Shown in pieces: positions 12,085 to 24,029 of a stretch of DNA of 64,000 nucleotides. The first letter of the stretch is position 1. Each line of letters begins with the position of its first letter. The translations under genes and the position numbers were made by a program. The notes beneath the pieces are model-generated. The model made no database searches. It was not told where the DNA came from and saw only the letters and a program-made list of their open reading frames with translations. This DNA is from Nemertoderma westbladi (taxonomy: Eukaryota; Animalia; Xenacoelomorpha). Location: assembly GCA_032718475.1 (NCBI GenBank), contig JAUCBJ010001454.1, forward strand, positions 31,193 through 95,192, read 5' to 3'.

Positions 12085-12327
12085 ATTCACCACTTTTTCA
12101 AAACAACGGTGTATATTAATATAGATTAAAAAAATTAATTAAAATTATTAACTAAAATTATTATTTAATTAATTTTAAAATATTATTATTATATTACTAA
12201 AATTATCAGCCAAAATAAAACTAAAAGGTTGTAGTTTTATTTTGGCTGATGAAGACCGTGCAATGAGGCCGATAATTTCCATTATAATCTATATTAATAT
12301 ACACCGTTGTTTTGGAAAGTGGTGAAT
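12085..12327. repeat. Nested palindrome with a degenerate hammerhead-like core; Penelope-like pLTR remnant
   Basis: 43/44-bp outer inverted repeat (12085-12128 / 12285-12327); perfect 19-bp inner stem (12205-12223 / 12232-12250); CTGATGAAGACC-gtgcaatga-GGCCGATA at ~12246-12274. Confidence 0.5.
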
Positions 12328-13125
12328 CTCTACTATATCTATTATTATCTATTATATATAATGTAATATAATTTATATTATATTATATATTTGAATTTAC
12401 AGGATACAGTAACTGAAGAGTGAACGCCCAGAAAAACGACTGCCTAACATAATTATCGGTCTCAAATGGGTAAATCCCATATCCACCCGACTTTAGCTTA
12501 TTGTTCCTGATGTGTAAATTTTATTGGTTTCATTAGACAAAGGATATCATGACAACCATAAAAGCTCGTTGCGTTAATAATTATTGCCACACAAATATAA
12601 AAAGGTACAAGTCCTGGCAATTAATTGAAAAAGAAAATAACATTTTATTCAAAAATTTAAACATTTCTTCCCTCTGTCAGTTTCAACAGCGCGAAAAAAG
12701 GTTGGACTTTTATGCCCGCTCACACTTTTATTACATTCACATGTGGAACTCCAATCATCGAGCTCTACTTCCAGTTCCAGGTCCGTTACAAACAACTACT
12801 GATACTACACTATACATTCAGTATGGCAGGAAATCCCATTAACATAAAATGTGGACTTTATTATGTATTAAGTGCATTTCATTACTTATTTAATTTAATG
12901 CAAAGTTTAATTTTTTCCCAATGAAATATATCTATATTTATATTTAATTGATATTATATTAAACAATACCTCATCGGAAAGTCGGAAAGAAATGTTTCAA
13001 TTGTTGAATAAAATAACATACTGTACAGTACTCGTAAACTGTATTTAACTTGACTCGCTGCGCTCGACGAATAAACCGAATCGTACTGTTTGCCTATAAA
13101 GTGATAACTTTTTTATCAATTTGAT

Positions 13126-13199
13126 ATAAATAGTTAATTTTTAAGAACATCTTGCGAAATTTATAAATAGTTAATTTTTAAGAACATCTTTCGAAATTT
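13126..13199. repeat. 37-bp tandem duplication just upstream of the FAM167-like start codon
   Basis: ataaatagttaatttttaagaacatctt(g/t)cgaaattt x2. Confidence 0.85.
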
Positions 13200-13231
13200 A
13201 TCAATTTTGATAGTAATTACGAAACCACGTG

Positions 13232-13390
13232 ATGGCTTATATAATTGGACAATCTTCAGCATGCGAAGGAAGCAAGAAAAAAGTAAGAATACAAGAAGAT
13301 GTGGAGATAGCTTCTCCTACAATGACAACTGAAGATTCTGATGAACCTATTGAAGACATTGGTGAAGAGTTACAGAAACTGAGGAATAAG
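13232..13390 (+). CDS. Exon 1 of a FAM167/LURAP-like small coiled-coil protein gene
   Basis: ATG 13232; MAYIIGQ...EDIGEELQKLRNK; phase-0 donor AAG|gtaaat at 13390/13391. Confidence 0.7.
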
Positions 13391-14014
13391 GTAAATTATC
13401 CAACCTTCGCTTTTTCTTTAAGTTAACATCTATAGACATTGGAAATATTGTACAACCGTGTGAGCAATCTTATCTGATACAATCTGATCAATTAAACATA
13501 GTTTTCTAAAATAATTTTGGTATCGGTAACAACTCTATACGGTAGTTCAAAGTAGCCCTTTGAGATTGGTCGAAGAATGAAATGTATAAAATATTGAGAA
13601 TATTTGATTATTTGAATATTACATGCGAACACCCTGTACCAACAGTATCTTTCGCTCAAATATTTCAATTTCTGAGCTTATGTCTACAACTGCAGTTAAA
13701 TCCACATTGCTGACATGGACATACAGTAACATTTAATTATTGAACATTTAGATTTATTTATGAACTGTCAAACAAACATTCCGATACCGTCGGTAGTTCA
13801 CCGCTTTGCTAACTGTACTACCATCTGAGCTGGAGAATGTATCAACCCGGACATTTTTATTTGTATTACTATTTACCCCTAAGGGAGGAGTGGGGGGGGG
13901 GGGGGGGGGGGGGGGGATTCACGGCTTTTAGGCATGTGTTCAAAAAAATTTCTCAGAGAATTAACAGGTAGATTTTGCAATGGAGATAATGAATGCTTCA
14001 ATTGTCCCCAAAAA

Positions 14015-14181
14015 AAAACGCAAGCAAAAAGTCGGCAGATGCCAGAGGCGGCCCGAAGATTCCTCCTCCGACAGCTGCTTCCTGAAGGTAGGGTTGGACG
14101 CTATTATCGACCCCAGTGGATGAAAGGCTGAGTGAACCCTGTTGTTGCAGGCCCAGCGCTGAACCAATTGACTTACATCCC
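14015..14181 (-). mobile_element. tRNA-derived SINE (internally deleted copy)
   Basis: Minus strand: tgtaagtcaattggttcagcg head, actcagcctttcatccactggggtcgataa central domain, gcagctgtcggaggaggaatcttcgggccgcctctggc 3' part; aligns by eye with 16633-16990. Confidence 0.7.
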
Positions 14182-15894
14182 TTTTTATTGTTAGTTATAC
14201 ACACACCGCATGTCGTTGCCACCCCCCGCCAAACACCAACAAGAACATACAGTATTTACAATGTATACAATATTTTGCACAGCAAATAAATTATCGAATT
14301 ATAATTTGAATAAAAAACAAACATAAACCGAAGGATACTACAGTAGTTAGTAAAAACAATAAAAAAACAATGCCCATCATATCAGTTTAACAGATGTCTA
14401 AACATTTGATGTCCCTCTATTTCTTTCTTTTTAATCCGTCCATAGTGAAACGTGGCAGCCAAGTACTGGACCAGTAGCTGTCTCATTCCAAGGCGGCTAA
14501 TCCATCTGCAGTCGCTCCAGTCTCCCGCATGCGGGCGAAAAATTTCCTTAATTGTAATTTCTTTAAGCTGGATCTTGGCATACATGTACTGTACAGCATG
14601 TTGCGTCTTTGAGAAGAAGGTGATCGGTCTGCAATTCTCCAGTCTAATGCTAGAGGGTGAAATGTCAGCAAGTGAAAACCTTCAACCGTTTCCTTGATTT
14701 TAATCCGTTTAACCCTCCCTATCCATACCGGGGGAGGACTTTTGGAGACGCACTTTAATTGATTGCTTGGTTCAAAGCCAAACCACATTTATTGCAAGTG
14801 AAATTCCGTTACTTTTCCTAAAATTTATTATTCTTTATCTTAAAACAAAAATTAATTTTCATATTATTATTTATGACCATGAAAATGACACGTAAACTGA
14901 CCTGTCTCTGAAACTGTCATATTATTGGCTGAACTATTGTAGGAGGGAAATTTAAATATAAAAGAAATTTAAATGGATGTTGTTCAATTTAAATATAATT
15001 ATAGTATAGAAATATTATATTTGAGCATTAGTGTGTGGCATATTTGAAAAGAGGAATAAATTTTGTATCTAAAACTTTTAACTTTAAAGTAATATCATCA
15101 CACCACACAAAGTTATATGCTTCCAAACTTTACGTCCCCAAAACTTTCTACAGGGCAGCGCACGTACATTCCAGACCTCAGACGAGTTTTTGTGTGTTCT
15201 CAAATCTACTGCAGTTACCCAGTCTCTAGGTGATAACGTGTTTAACGGAAATCTGATTATATTTTGTTTATGATTCTTTCGAGTTGACACTCAACTTAAT
15301 TTTATGTCATATGTTGCGCGAAGGCTCCATTTCGTGTAAGTAAATAATATTTGAAGTGCAATGAATCCTATGATACCAAAAGAAACTGAAAGGTAATGAT
15401 AAGGAAACGATGTTTTAGTTTATAATAATTCCTTTTAGGTGAATCAAACAGATAAGGCACAAAGACGCCGCATTTAGCGGTAGATAGTAAAATATAATTG
15501 GCAATCACTGCTGATATCTATAAAGTCATGTCTTTCAGAGGAAGTAGTTGTTGGCGACCAAGCGGGTGATCCATCACAGAATACCAAGTTGAAGTTGTCG
15601 GGCTGACGTGACCAGGAACAATAATTTATTAGGAGGCCCATTACTGTCGGCGGTCATGACTGTATTTAATTCTAGTGTCTTAATGCAGTAACACGGATAT
15701 TCTCACATCCCCACATCCCCATATGAAGACGGGAATGATTACATACAAAACATTCCCAGAATCAATTTCTAAGATTTATCCGCTAAAATGTCGACATTTG
15801 ATGCCGATTTTAAACGTTTAGGAAAATTAATGGTGACTCGAGTATAATGGAATATAAACTTCGAGGCATTAAATGTGCTACAGTACTAACCCAA

Positions 15895-16277
15895 TATCGA
15901 ATATGTTCTTTAATCGAGTTGTAAATATCTGGAATGACCTCACCGATGATATTGTTACCAGTATTTCTGTGGAGCAATTCAAACTAAAACTTATTGAATG
16001 CGATCTCACTAAATACTGTAATTTTGATAGGAATTTGTAACTTGTTTCGTTGTAAATTTTTATTTCATTTAAATACCTTGTGCAATGTGTTGCATATTTT
16101 ATATTAATTGATATTTAATTAAGCTAGAGTATCAGTCGCCTCGTTTACCGTGTTAACCTTTTTACTTTTGTTCTGGTCGGTACATTGTGCCTTTTATTGT
16201 GATTTTTAATGTTGTCTGTGCGCTACTCTAACTGGAGTTATCTCCGAATAATATATCTTATCTTATCTTATCTTATC
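15895..16277 (+). mobile_element. 5'-truncated CR1-type LINE 3' end
   Basis: Encodes FNRVVNIWNDLTDDIVTSISVEQFKLKL (CR1 ORF2 C-terminal motif), then 3' UTR and (TATCT)n tail at ~16253-16277. Confidence 0.8.
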
Positions 16278-16352
16278 GACTCCAACGGTAGGTTTAATTC
16301 AAATTTTTCGGATATCAATTGTCCTCAGTCATACCAAAAAATCGAACAAGTT

Positions 16353-16596
16353 GAATAAACGTCGACATATGATATTCCAATTCAGTTTCGGATATCGAAA
16401 TCAAAGCTAGACTATCAAATAGTTTGTTATTCATATGACAAAGTTTAGTTTGTTTCAAATAACTATGGGAATAGAATAAACGTCGACATATGATATTCCA
16501 ATTCAGTTTCGGATATCGAAATCAAAGCTAGACTATCAAATAGTTTGTTATTCATATGACAAAGTTTAGTTTGTTTCAAATAACTATGGGAATAGA
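16353..16596. repeat. Perfect 121-bp tandem duplication
   Basis: gaataaacgtcgacatatg...aataactatgggaata x2. Confidence 0.95.
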
Positions 16597-16632
16597 AGCC
16601 CTGCAGACCCAGTGTTTAACTGGATTATTATA

Positions 16633-16990
16633 GGCAGGGGTGTAACTCAATTCGGTTGAACGCCAGGTCTGCAATCAACTGTTTGTAGGTTCGAGCCCCG
16701 ACAAAGTCCACTCAGTCTTTCATTCCATGTGTAATCCTGATATACTGCACGTGTGTGAAGGCCTTATATATATCTCTTACCGGTTAGATTTATTACGCCA
16801 TACTGACTTACGATTATTATACAGATTACTCTTTCCATGGGGTCAAAAAATGAGGACTAAGGAATAAATTACTGGGAGCGAAATTTGTGATAGAAGCAAC
16901 GCCCATCCCTACCAACCTCCCACGGGTAGCAGCTATCCAAAGAGGAGCTTTCGGGTCGCCTCCGGCTTCGACCGACTGTTTGCTTTGCTT
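16633..16990 (+). mobile_element. tRNA-derived SINE with a MetaSINE/Sauria-like central domain
   Basis: A-box-like tgtaactcaattcggt, B-box ggttcgagccc, central actcagtctttcattcc..ggggtcaaaaaatgag, 3' gcagctatccaaagaggagctttcgggtcgcctc and ttgctttgctt tail. Confidence 0.7.
16730..16830. mobile_element. 101-bp mini-element inserted into the SINE; 9-bp TSD (Mutator-like)
   Basis: Ends gtaatc(c)tg / cagattac; flanks cattccatg (16721-16729) and ctttccatg (16831-16839); removing it restores the SINE central domain. Confidence 0.55.
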
Positions 16991-17023
16991 GAATTATTAT
17001 AGAGCCTTGATGTTGTGATTTAG

Positions 17024-17167
17024 ATTGTGGAACTAAAAGAAATGGATCGTGCACTTATTGCTCAATTTATGTTACTTCGAGCTCAACTTCATTCGTGGCG
17101 AAATAACTCAAACAGCACAGATAGCGACTCATCGAAACAGATAATTCGGAGTTTCAGTGTTACTCTG
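17024..17167 (+). CDS. Exon 2 of the FAM167/LURAP-like gene
   Basis: Acceptor gatttag|ATT, donor CTG|gtaagt, 144 nt, phase 0/0; IVELKEMDRALIAQFMLLRAQLHSWR matches the FAM167 pattern L.EM..QD..LA.QL..LRAQLH.L. Confidence 0.75.
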
Positions 17168-18194
17168 GTAAGTTGCCTTGGTGACACCTGTCGTTCAGTG
17201 AAATATTGTTGTTGTCTGTTTTCCGTTCGCTTAGATTAATGACTATTTCTAAAGAAAGTAACACTTTATTCAACGACTTTATAATTCACATTATCGAGGA
17301 ATGTTAAAGAATATTGTTTTCGATGACGAAGGTCGACGAAAAAATTATTCAAATACCGGTAGTATTTAGAGGAAATTAATGCGGATTATAAGGAGGACAA
17401 AAAGGAATGTTCTTTGATAAAAAAATGTATCGAAATTAGCACTTTTTGGCACTAATTTTAATTGCCCGAAATTTAATTACTTTGTCTGAGTGCGTTGAGT
17501 TTTGCACGAGTTAGCAGATTTCTAGAATGCCATCGCTTTTCTAAAATGTCATCGAGTGCAAAACTCAATACACGAGGGCATAGTTCGTATCTGAATGAAT
17601 TTCGGTTAAATATAAGTTCTTTAGGAGGAGTTCTTTAGAAGGAGTTCTTTCCGATTTTTATAATCGGAGACACTATTTTATTTGAAAAATTAAATAATTT
17701 ACCGGTATTGATTGATGCGTAATATTAACTGCAGTATGCCTAGGCCTACGGCAGTACCAATAAAGGAAACAGCTGTAATTATTGTGAATACAATAGTATT
17801 TTTTTGAATTATCATTAAAATAGTGTATTATGTAATTTTATATGGGCATACTAGAGAAAAAGTTTCAATATTTTTTAAATTTTCGGTCAAATCACTCTCG
17901 AACTTTTGACTCCAGATCAAATTGATTTTTTTTGCCAATTTTTGCCAAAGTTCGCGTGCTGCGTCACGCCCCACGAACGTGTATTAGTGTACATAATACA
18001 ACCTGTAGGGTGGGCCAAATGCTAACCCAATTATTGTGTCGTTAGATAAGGAAGGAGAGAATATCCGATAACTTAGCAAACATTAGTTACATATAACCAT
18101 CATCCCCTGCCTCCTAATATTAATAGTTGCAGGGATTGAATTAAGTTCAACGACGTCGTTTGTGGCGTATTCATAATTATAACAGATAGATGTA

Positions 18195-19150
18195 ATTCCC
18201 TATTATACCCGGGGGGGGGGGGGGGTTGTTATAACTCTGAAACAAACGCAGCCTAATAGTGAAAACGCTTTTCAAAAATATTGAGAAGTTTTCGAGTTAT
18301 AGCATCATTTTTTAACCCTACTTTTGGCACTTTTTTTGAGACGTTTTTGAAAAGTTCATGAAATATGATTTGAAACATCTTTGTTTTTGATTTACACCGG
18401 TTTTTTGGTGTTTGCAATTAGATGGAATTCATATAAATTCTTTAGAAATTTCAAACATGTTTTTTTCAGCGGGTGCCAAATTTTGAAATATGTCAATTTT
18501 GTAAATTGATTGTTTGAACCTGTTTTTTGTACAATAGGAGTTTTTGGGATTCAAGTTTCGATGGAATATATATGAGTTCCACCAGGCGTATCAAAATTGT
18601 ATTTTTCGGTGGTGTGCAAAATTTGGTGCCAACACGAAACTTTGAAAATCGTTTCAATAGTTCATTCAATTGCTTGTGACAACTTATTTCTCGCGTTTTA
18701 GAGGTTTATGGCAGTTCTGAATTTAATGGAATAAATAATTATCTATCAAGACATCTCAAACTTCTATTTTTTGGAAGTGGATGCAAAATTTGTTGCTAGC
18801 ACCAAATTTTGAAAACCATCAAATATATCAATTGATTGTGTCACCTTGTGTCTTGCGTTATACGGGTTTATGAGGGTTCTAAATTTAATGGAATAAGTAA
18901 AAATTGCGTAAGAGTTTTCGACCTTGTATTTTTCCCCGGTGGGTGAAAATTGTTGTGCCATTATTAATTAAAATATATTGGTTGGTTTTTTTTCATTTTT
19001 TGCCTACGTAAACGACTAAAACAGCAATTTATTGTGATCAGATCATTTTTAAATATTTTCCAATGGATTTTGCACCCCAGAAAAACTGTATTGAAAAACA
19101 ACTAGCCGAAAATTCAAACTTCCAAATTTTATGAAAATTGTTCACTGCTT
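18195..19150. mobile_element. Non-autonomous DNA-transposon-like repeat, copy 1
   Basis: Colinear with 61380-62290 (ttgttataact..gaaacaaacgcag..cctaatagtgaaaac..ttttaaccctacttttggcac; internal aaatttggtgccagcac subrepeats). Confidence 0.75.
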
Positions 19151-19189
19151 GTAATTTTGACAGTGCTGCCATAGCTTAGCCTAGCCACA

Positions 19190-19470
19190 TTTAGTTTCAC
19201 CATATGCGCATTTCACCCTCCCAGGCGTCCTCAGCGGTTTAATTAATGAAAACATTAAAATGTACAGCTCAATTTAAAAAGAGTTAATACAATTTAATTT
19301 ACATAATAATATCAAGCGGCAATCAATATAAATTATTCAGGGTTAAATTTAGTTAACGGTAAGTCATATAGAAGTAAAATTAATTAATTTTAATTAATAA
19401 GAAGTTTTAATTAATTAAACCGCTGAGGACGCAAGGGAGGGTGAAATGCGCATGCTGTGAAACCAAAATT
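19190..19470. mobile_element. MITE-like element with ~65-bp imperfect TIRs
   Basis: gtttcac.atatgcgcatttcaccctcccaggcgtcctcagcggtttaattaat versus attaattaaaccgctgaggacgcaagggagggtgaaatgcgcatgctgtgaaac. Confidence 0.8.
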
Positions 19471-19541
19471 TTTATATATCCACGTGGTGAAAGCCCTTAA
19501 TTACAATAATCTATCTGTTATTAATATTATTAGTGGCAGTC

Positions 19542-20295
19542 GGATCCAATATGGTTGGTGCGCGAAATAATTGTTGGGCTAGAAACAATTGAATAAGGGG
19601 TAAGAAGATGCCCTGGATCGAGTGGCGGGGTGTGCTTTTTGCAAAAACAAGAGGAAACGGTCGAAATGGCGGGTTTAATTAAGCGTGGGAATCCAATTTA
19701 GAAAATCGGCTGTGATTGGCTACTACATATTTGACGTCATTACGCAGTGATCTGATAATTTTTTATCTTGGTTTCTATGGAGAGATATTTTCGATGGTTT
19801 CAAATACACATTTAATCTCAATCATTTCACACGTGGCTTATATTAATTGAAAGCGGAGAGTCTTGCTCGTCTTTTGACACTATAATTAATTAAATTCATA
19901 AAGGGGAAGACTGATAAAATGCTGTTTACAATTACAAACTCGGCCGATTGCCTGACCGGTATGTAAGCACTCAGCCTATTACAGTATCTGACTATTGCAG
20001 ATTTACTTCATTAATTAGGCTTTACCGGTGACCGGTACGCATTTTTAATATTCAAGTAGCCCACTGCCAATTAGCCTACTGCCAGATCACTGCGTAATGA
20101 CGTCACTTACGTAGCAGCCAATCACAGCCGATTTTCAAAATTGGCCTGCAGCTCTTACTTAAACTAGCCATTTCGACCGTTTCTACGTGTATTTACCAAA
20201 AACACACCCCGCCACTCGATTCAGGGCACCTTTTTACCCCTAATTCAATTGTGTCTAGCCGAACAATTTTTTCCAGCATCAACCTATTAGAAGCC
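19542..20295. mobile_element. MITE/foldback element with ~210-bp imperfect TIRs
   Basis: 19542-19754 is the reverse complement of ~20083-20295 (e.g. aaaatcggctgtgattggct..gacgtcattacgcagtgatctg); no clear TSD. Confidence 0.85.
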
Positions 20296-20371
20296 AGATT
20301 ACTGAACCTGGTTGAGCCAATCAGACTTCAGCAACGTGATTTTGCGATATTGCGGATTTACAGTATAGGCA

Positions 20372-20700
20372 AGGCATACCGGATTACGGTATAGGCATAC
20401 CAGCTTACGGTATAGGCATACCAGCTTACGGTATAGGCATACCAGCTTACGGTATAGGCATACCAGCTTACGGTATAGGCATACCAGCTTACGGTATTTG
20501 CATACCAGCTTACGGTATAGGCATACCAGCTTACGGTATAGGCATACCAGCTTACGGTATAGGCATACCAGCTTACGGTATAGGCATACCAGCTTACGGT
20601 ATAGGCATACCAGCTTACGGTATTTGCATACCAGCTTACGGTATAGGCATACCAGCTTACGGTATAGGCATACCAGCTTACGGTATAGGCATACGGTATA
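20372..20700. repeat. 21-bp minisatellite (GGCATACCAGCTTACGGTATA) x ~15
   Basis: Near-perfect tandem copies; explains the LVCLYRK and HTSLRYR ORFs. Confidence 0.95.
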
Positions 20701-20995
20701 GGTATTGTATTTTTTGTCCCACCAGAAAAGCACTAACATCAATTGTTGCGTTACCATGAATGATTTTTAACAAGTTGTATCGCGATCAGCGACCTTGGAA
20801 GCCAGTATAGCTTCAGAATTACCAAACCAAAGGCAAAATTTAACAGTTTGTAATTTTCTGCTACTTCTACTTTTTGTTCTGGAGCCCCAGCATTGCACCA
20901 AAAGTACCAAAAATAATTATAACTACTGTAGTTTCATAGTGATCAGCGACCTCGAAAACCCTTATACTGTACCATCAAAGTTATAATTTTTGAGC

Positions 20996-21058
20996 CTTTA
21001 TTGTCCGCAATAGCGGACAATAAAGTCTTTATCGTCCGCACTTTTGCGGACAATAAAG
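20996..21058. repeat. Twin hairpins at the end of a Helentron/HINE-like remnant (~20770-21058)
   Basis: ctttattgtccgc-aata-gcggacaataaag followed by ctttatcgtccgc-actttt-gcggacaataaag; upstream gatcagcgacct(c)gaaaaccc motif twice (~20784, ~20941). Confidence 0.7.
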
Positions 21059-21105
21059 GGTATCGTTTAAAGAAAAAAATTCCTTTTCATATTCGATTTA
21101 TTTAG

Positions 21106-21312
21106 GAAGATGATGAAGTTTTCCCACCGATTTCCAATTGGTTTGCATCCGATGACTCTCCTCCAATAAAGGTGCCTTCTAGAGATTGTTATAACCAATC
21201 AGACAATTATTGTGCTTATACATTACCACGGCAACCAAAAGATTCAGAGTTAATATCTACTGAAGAAACATTAACATTTAAGACTACAATAGACATTCCG
21301 AATAGGAAATAA
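21106..21312 (+). CDS. Probable terminal exon 3 of the FAM167/LURAP-like gene
   Basis: Acceptor tttatttag|GAA, phase 0, 68 open codons (EDDEVFPPISNWFASDDSPP...YTLPRQPK...IPNRK*), TAA 21310-21312. Confidence 0.6.
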   Translation, partial: EDDEVFPPISNWFASDDSPPIKVPSRDCYNQSDNYCAYTLPRQPKDSELISTEETLTFKTTIDIPNRK

Positions 21313-21384
21313 TTTACACACAGTGATTACTGTAATTAAGTATGTTGAGATGGTCAGGCCTACAGTATGTCCCAAAATTCATCC

Positions 21385-21615
21385 GTCAAATACATCGGAA
21401 TTAAATTGACAACAATTTAAGAGGAAGTCTCATATTGAATACGTTCGCAGTCAACTATCAAAATCAGTAGGAATATTTTTTAAACTCCCTTATATTTTCC
21501 CTTTACAGATTTTACATTTATTATCTTTTTCTTTAATTCAACCCTATATCACATACGGATTAATTGCATGGGGAAATGCATATCATAGTCTAATAAAGCC
21601 GATCAGAATTAAAGT
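21385..21615 (+). mobile_element. L2/Crack-type LINE RT remnant
   Basis: Frameshifted IDNNL..KSHIEYVRSQLSKSVGIFFKL...SLIQPYITYGLIAWGNAY. Confidence 0.7.
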
Positions 21616-24029
21616 TTCATTTGTTGATTATATTGCAAGTAGTGCTGTGCTATACCATCTGGATACCAAGTAGTGATGGTGTTATTATAATGATCACCTC
21701 AGGAACGAAATAAGCCATTCTATCAATGACTGGTGATAAGCAAAGAACTATAAATTCGCTGTTTTAATTATGTTCAAGTAAGCTGAGTCAACTACAGTTA
21801 ATACTATTGATGAAAATCTTCATTATACCTATGGTGTTATTATAATGATCACCTCAATGGATAAATTGAATATCTGTTTTTCTTTATTTACCACTCGAAT
21901 ATTTAACATAATTATAATTCCGCTTTACTTTTACAGTCTATAATTAATATCCTTAGGCCCCTATGTGAAATTCTTTAGGCATAATTTATACTGTTATTTC
22001 GGCTGAATTAAGTAATTATACGAAATTTGCCGGATTCTATATAAACTTTAAGATGTTTTTCCAAAACATTTTTTATACACGAAGGAGATACTGGTTTGAA
22101 TGGGCCTGCAGGAGACGTGACTGTTCAATGCGTCGCGAGGGTGAAAAGATCATTCAACAGTGGCCTTCGTGACAGCAGGTAGATCAGAATCAGTGGTCGG
22201 ATGGGAATAATGGTCGTCGGTTTGTATGGCTGGGGAAGAAACTGCGGGGCAGAGAACCGCGTCGACATATTTAATTGATGATACTTGGATCGGTTTACTG
22301 TTTTGAGAAACGCGAACAGCAACAACCCCGGAATATGAATAGGCAGCGTGTATTTGCCTCGACCACTTTAGTTTCAGTGCGTGATGTAGAATAGCCATTC
22401 GGCGAGGTGTTATGTGATTCGTTAGTCGACTCGAATACCATACTAAAGTTTAAGTTAACCCAGTAGATTGATTTCCAACGGAACCATTAAACGGTATTTC
22501 ATTGGGTTTGAGTTATATAAAAAATTAAGAAAATATACCATTACTACCAACTTCAGTATAATATGTTGAACTACTCCGCGCCGAACCCGAAATATTGTAG
22601 GACAAATATAATTTGGATTTAGAGTAATATTAATTGTTGGGATAGGGAGGTTCCCCTAATCTCCACATTCAGCAAGCTGTGCAGTAAATCTGTAATTAGA
22701 ACAAGTTTCTAATCACCAGTGGTAAACCGTGCGGTAACCCCATGCTCGTTCGCATGCTCATGCTCAACGGCATGCTCATTCAATGCAAATGTTAACACAA
22801 AAAACCGAATCAAAATTTGTTAACTTTCTGAAATCCGGTGTTATTCCCCCTTACCTCTAAAACTGCAAAGATACAGTGAACTGATTGCATAATATGACAA
22901 TCAAGCTTTCTGAGTAGCTTTATTTAGGCGGAAGGCATCATAATAGAGTATTTATCGAAGCAAAACAATTATACTTTCTAATGAAATTATTTGCTCAATC
23001 AGTTGCGGTAACTGATGGTCTTTCTGTCGACTGTGAATTCAATAGGGAATGGCATAATTTTATTTAGCATTTTTTCAATAGGCTGTGGTTTACTGCGCGG
23101 TGTACCGTGCAACTACCTGTTGGGTCGTTCACAGTCGGCGGTAATGAAAATCATTTACCTCACAGACACCTTTCCTATAGTTTATGATTTATGATTTCTT
23201 TCTAATATTAGTAAAACCACGTACTGTATTACCGACTTAGTTTGGGCAATTATGGAGATCTGCAGTAGCATCGTCCCCAAAAGGTAGATTTTATCTAATC
23301 TAATATATATAAATATCGATTGTCTGTCAGTCAGTCAGTCTGTCTGTGTGTTTGTCATCGGCTATACAATCGAACCCATCTCGATGAAATCTCGCTTGCT
23401 ATAGCTCGTTAGAAAGGTCTCGCCCTAACTCGTTGCAACGTAATACTCAGAGTCGTCTGAAGTTCGCCCGTCTGCCGCTAGAGGGCGATTTTAGTGATTT
23501 TCGGGCGAAATTTATCGAATTATTTCGGTTCTTCTATCGGTAATTAATGATTTAGAGGGCTAACATTTATCCCACCTGGTATAAAATTAACATGGGTAGA
23601 TTCGCCGTGTCCCATTCTCACAAAGTTTTTATTTTATTCGAGTGTTTAATATAAATATGTATGATTATTTATTGATTAAAAATCAAATAGTGTATAAATA
23701 TGTCATATTCGCCAAGCACGATCGAATTGGCCTATTGTTATTGAATAGGGAAGGATTGTTTTCTGTAGCAACGTTAAGGTAATTATTGAACTCCCAGCTA
23801 GCTGGCTGGGCACAGATAAGGAGCAAGCAGGCTGGAGTGTTGATTGGGGTGGGTTTGGGTTGTCTGTTGCGAATTGCCCAAGAGTAATTCTGCTTTCTCA
23901 ATCATTGGCTGCATGGAAGGAGAGGTTTATAACATTTTTGTTTTACTGTTATGAATATTAAAAGTAAAATAATTATTTCTATAGGCCTATACTTACTGTA
24001 TTATTATTTTATCTAATATTATACATCTA

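Noticed and set aside
12549-12924. ORFs with weak L2-like C-terminal similarity (LFKNLNI, YGRKS)
   Set aside because: Too degenerate to support a call.
13892-13916. Poly-G/poly-C runs (also ~2016, ~18211, ~61379, ~62581) as G-quadruplex elements
   Set aside because: Simple homopolymers, mostly at repeat ends; lengths are unreliable.
13961-14222. PHD-finger-like ORF (CGVC...)
   Set aside because: The region is a minus-strand SINE copy, and Cys/His spacing is incomplete.
16633-16705. tRNA gene
   Set aside because: No paired acceptor stem; it continues into SINE body sequence.
20299-20757. 152-aa LVCLYRK-repeat protein
   Set aside because: Stop-free frame of a 21-bp minisatellite.
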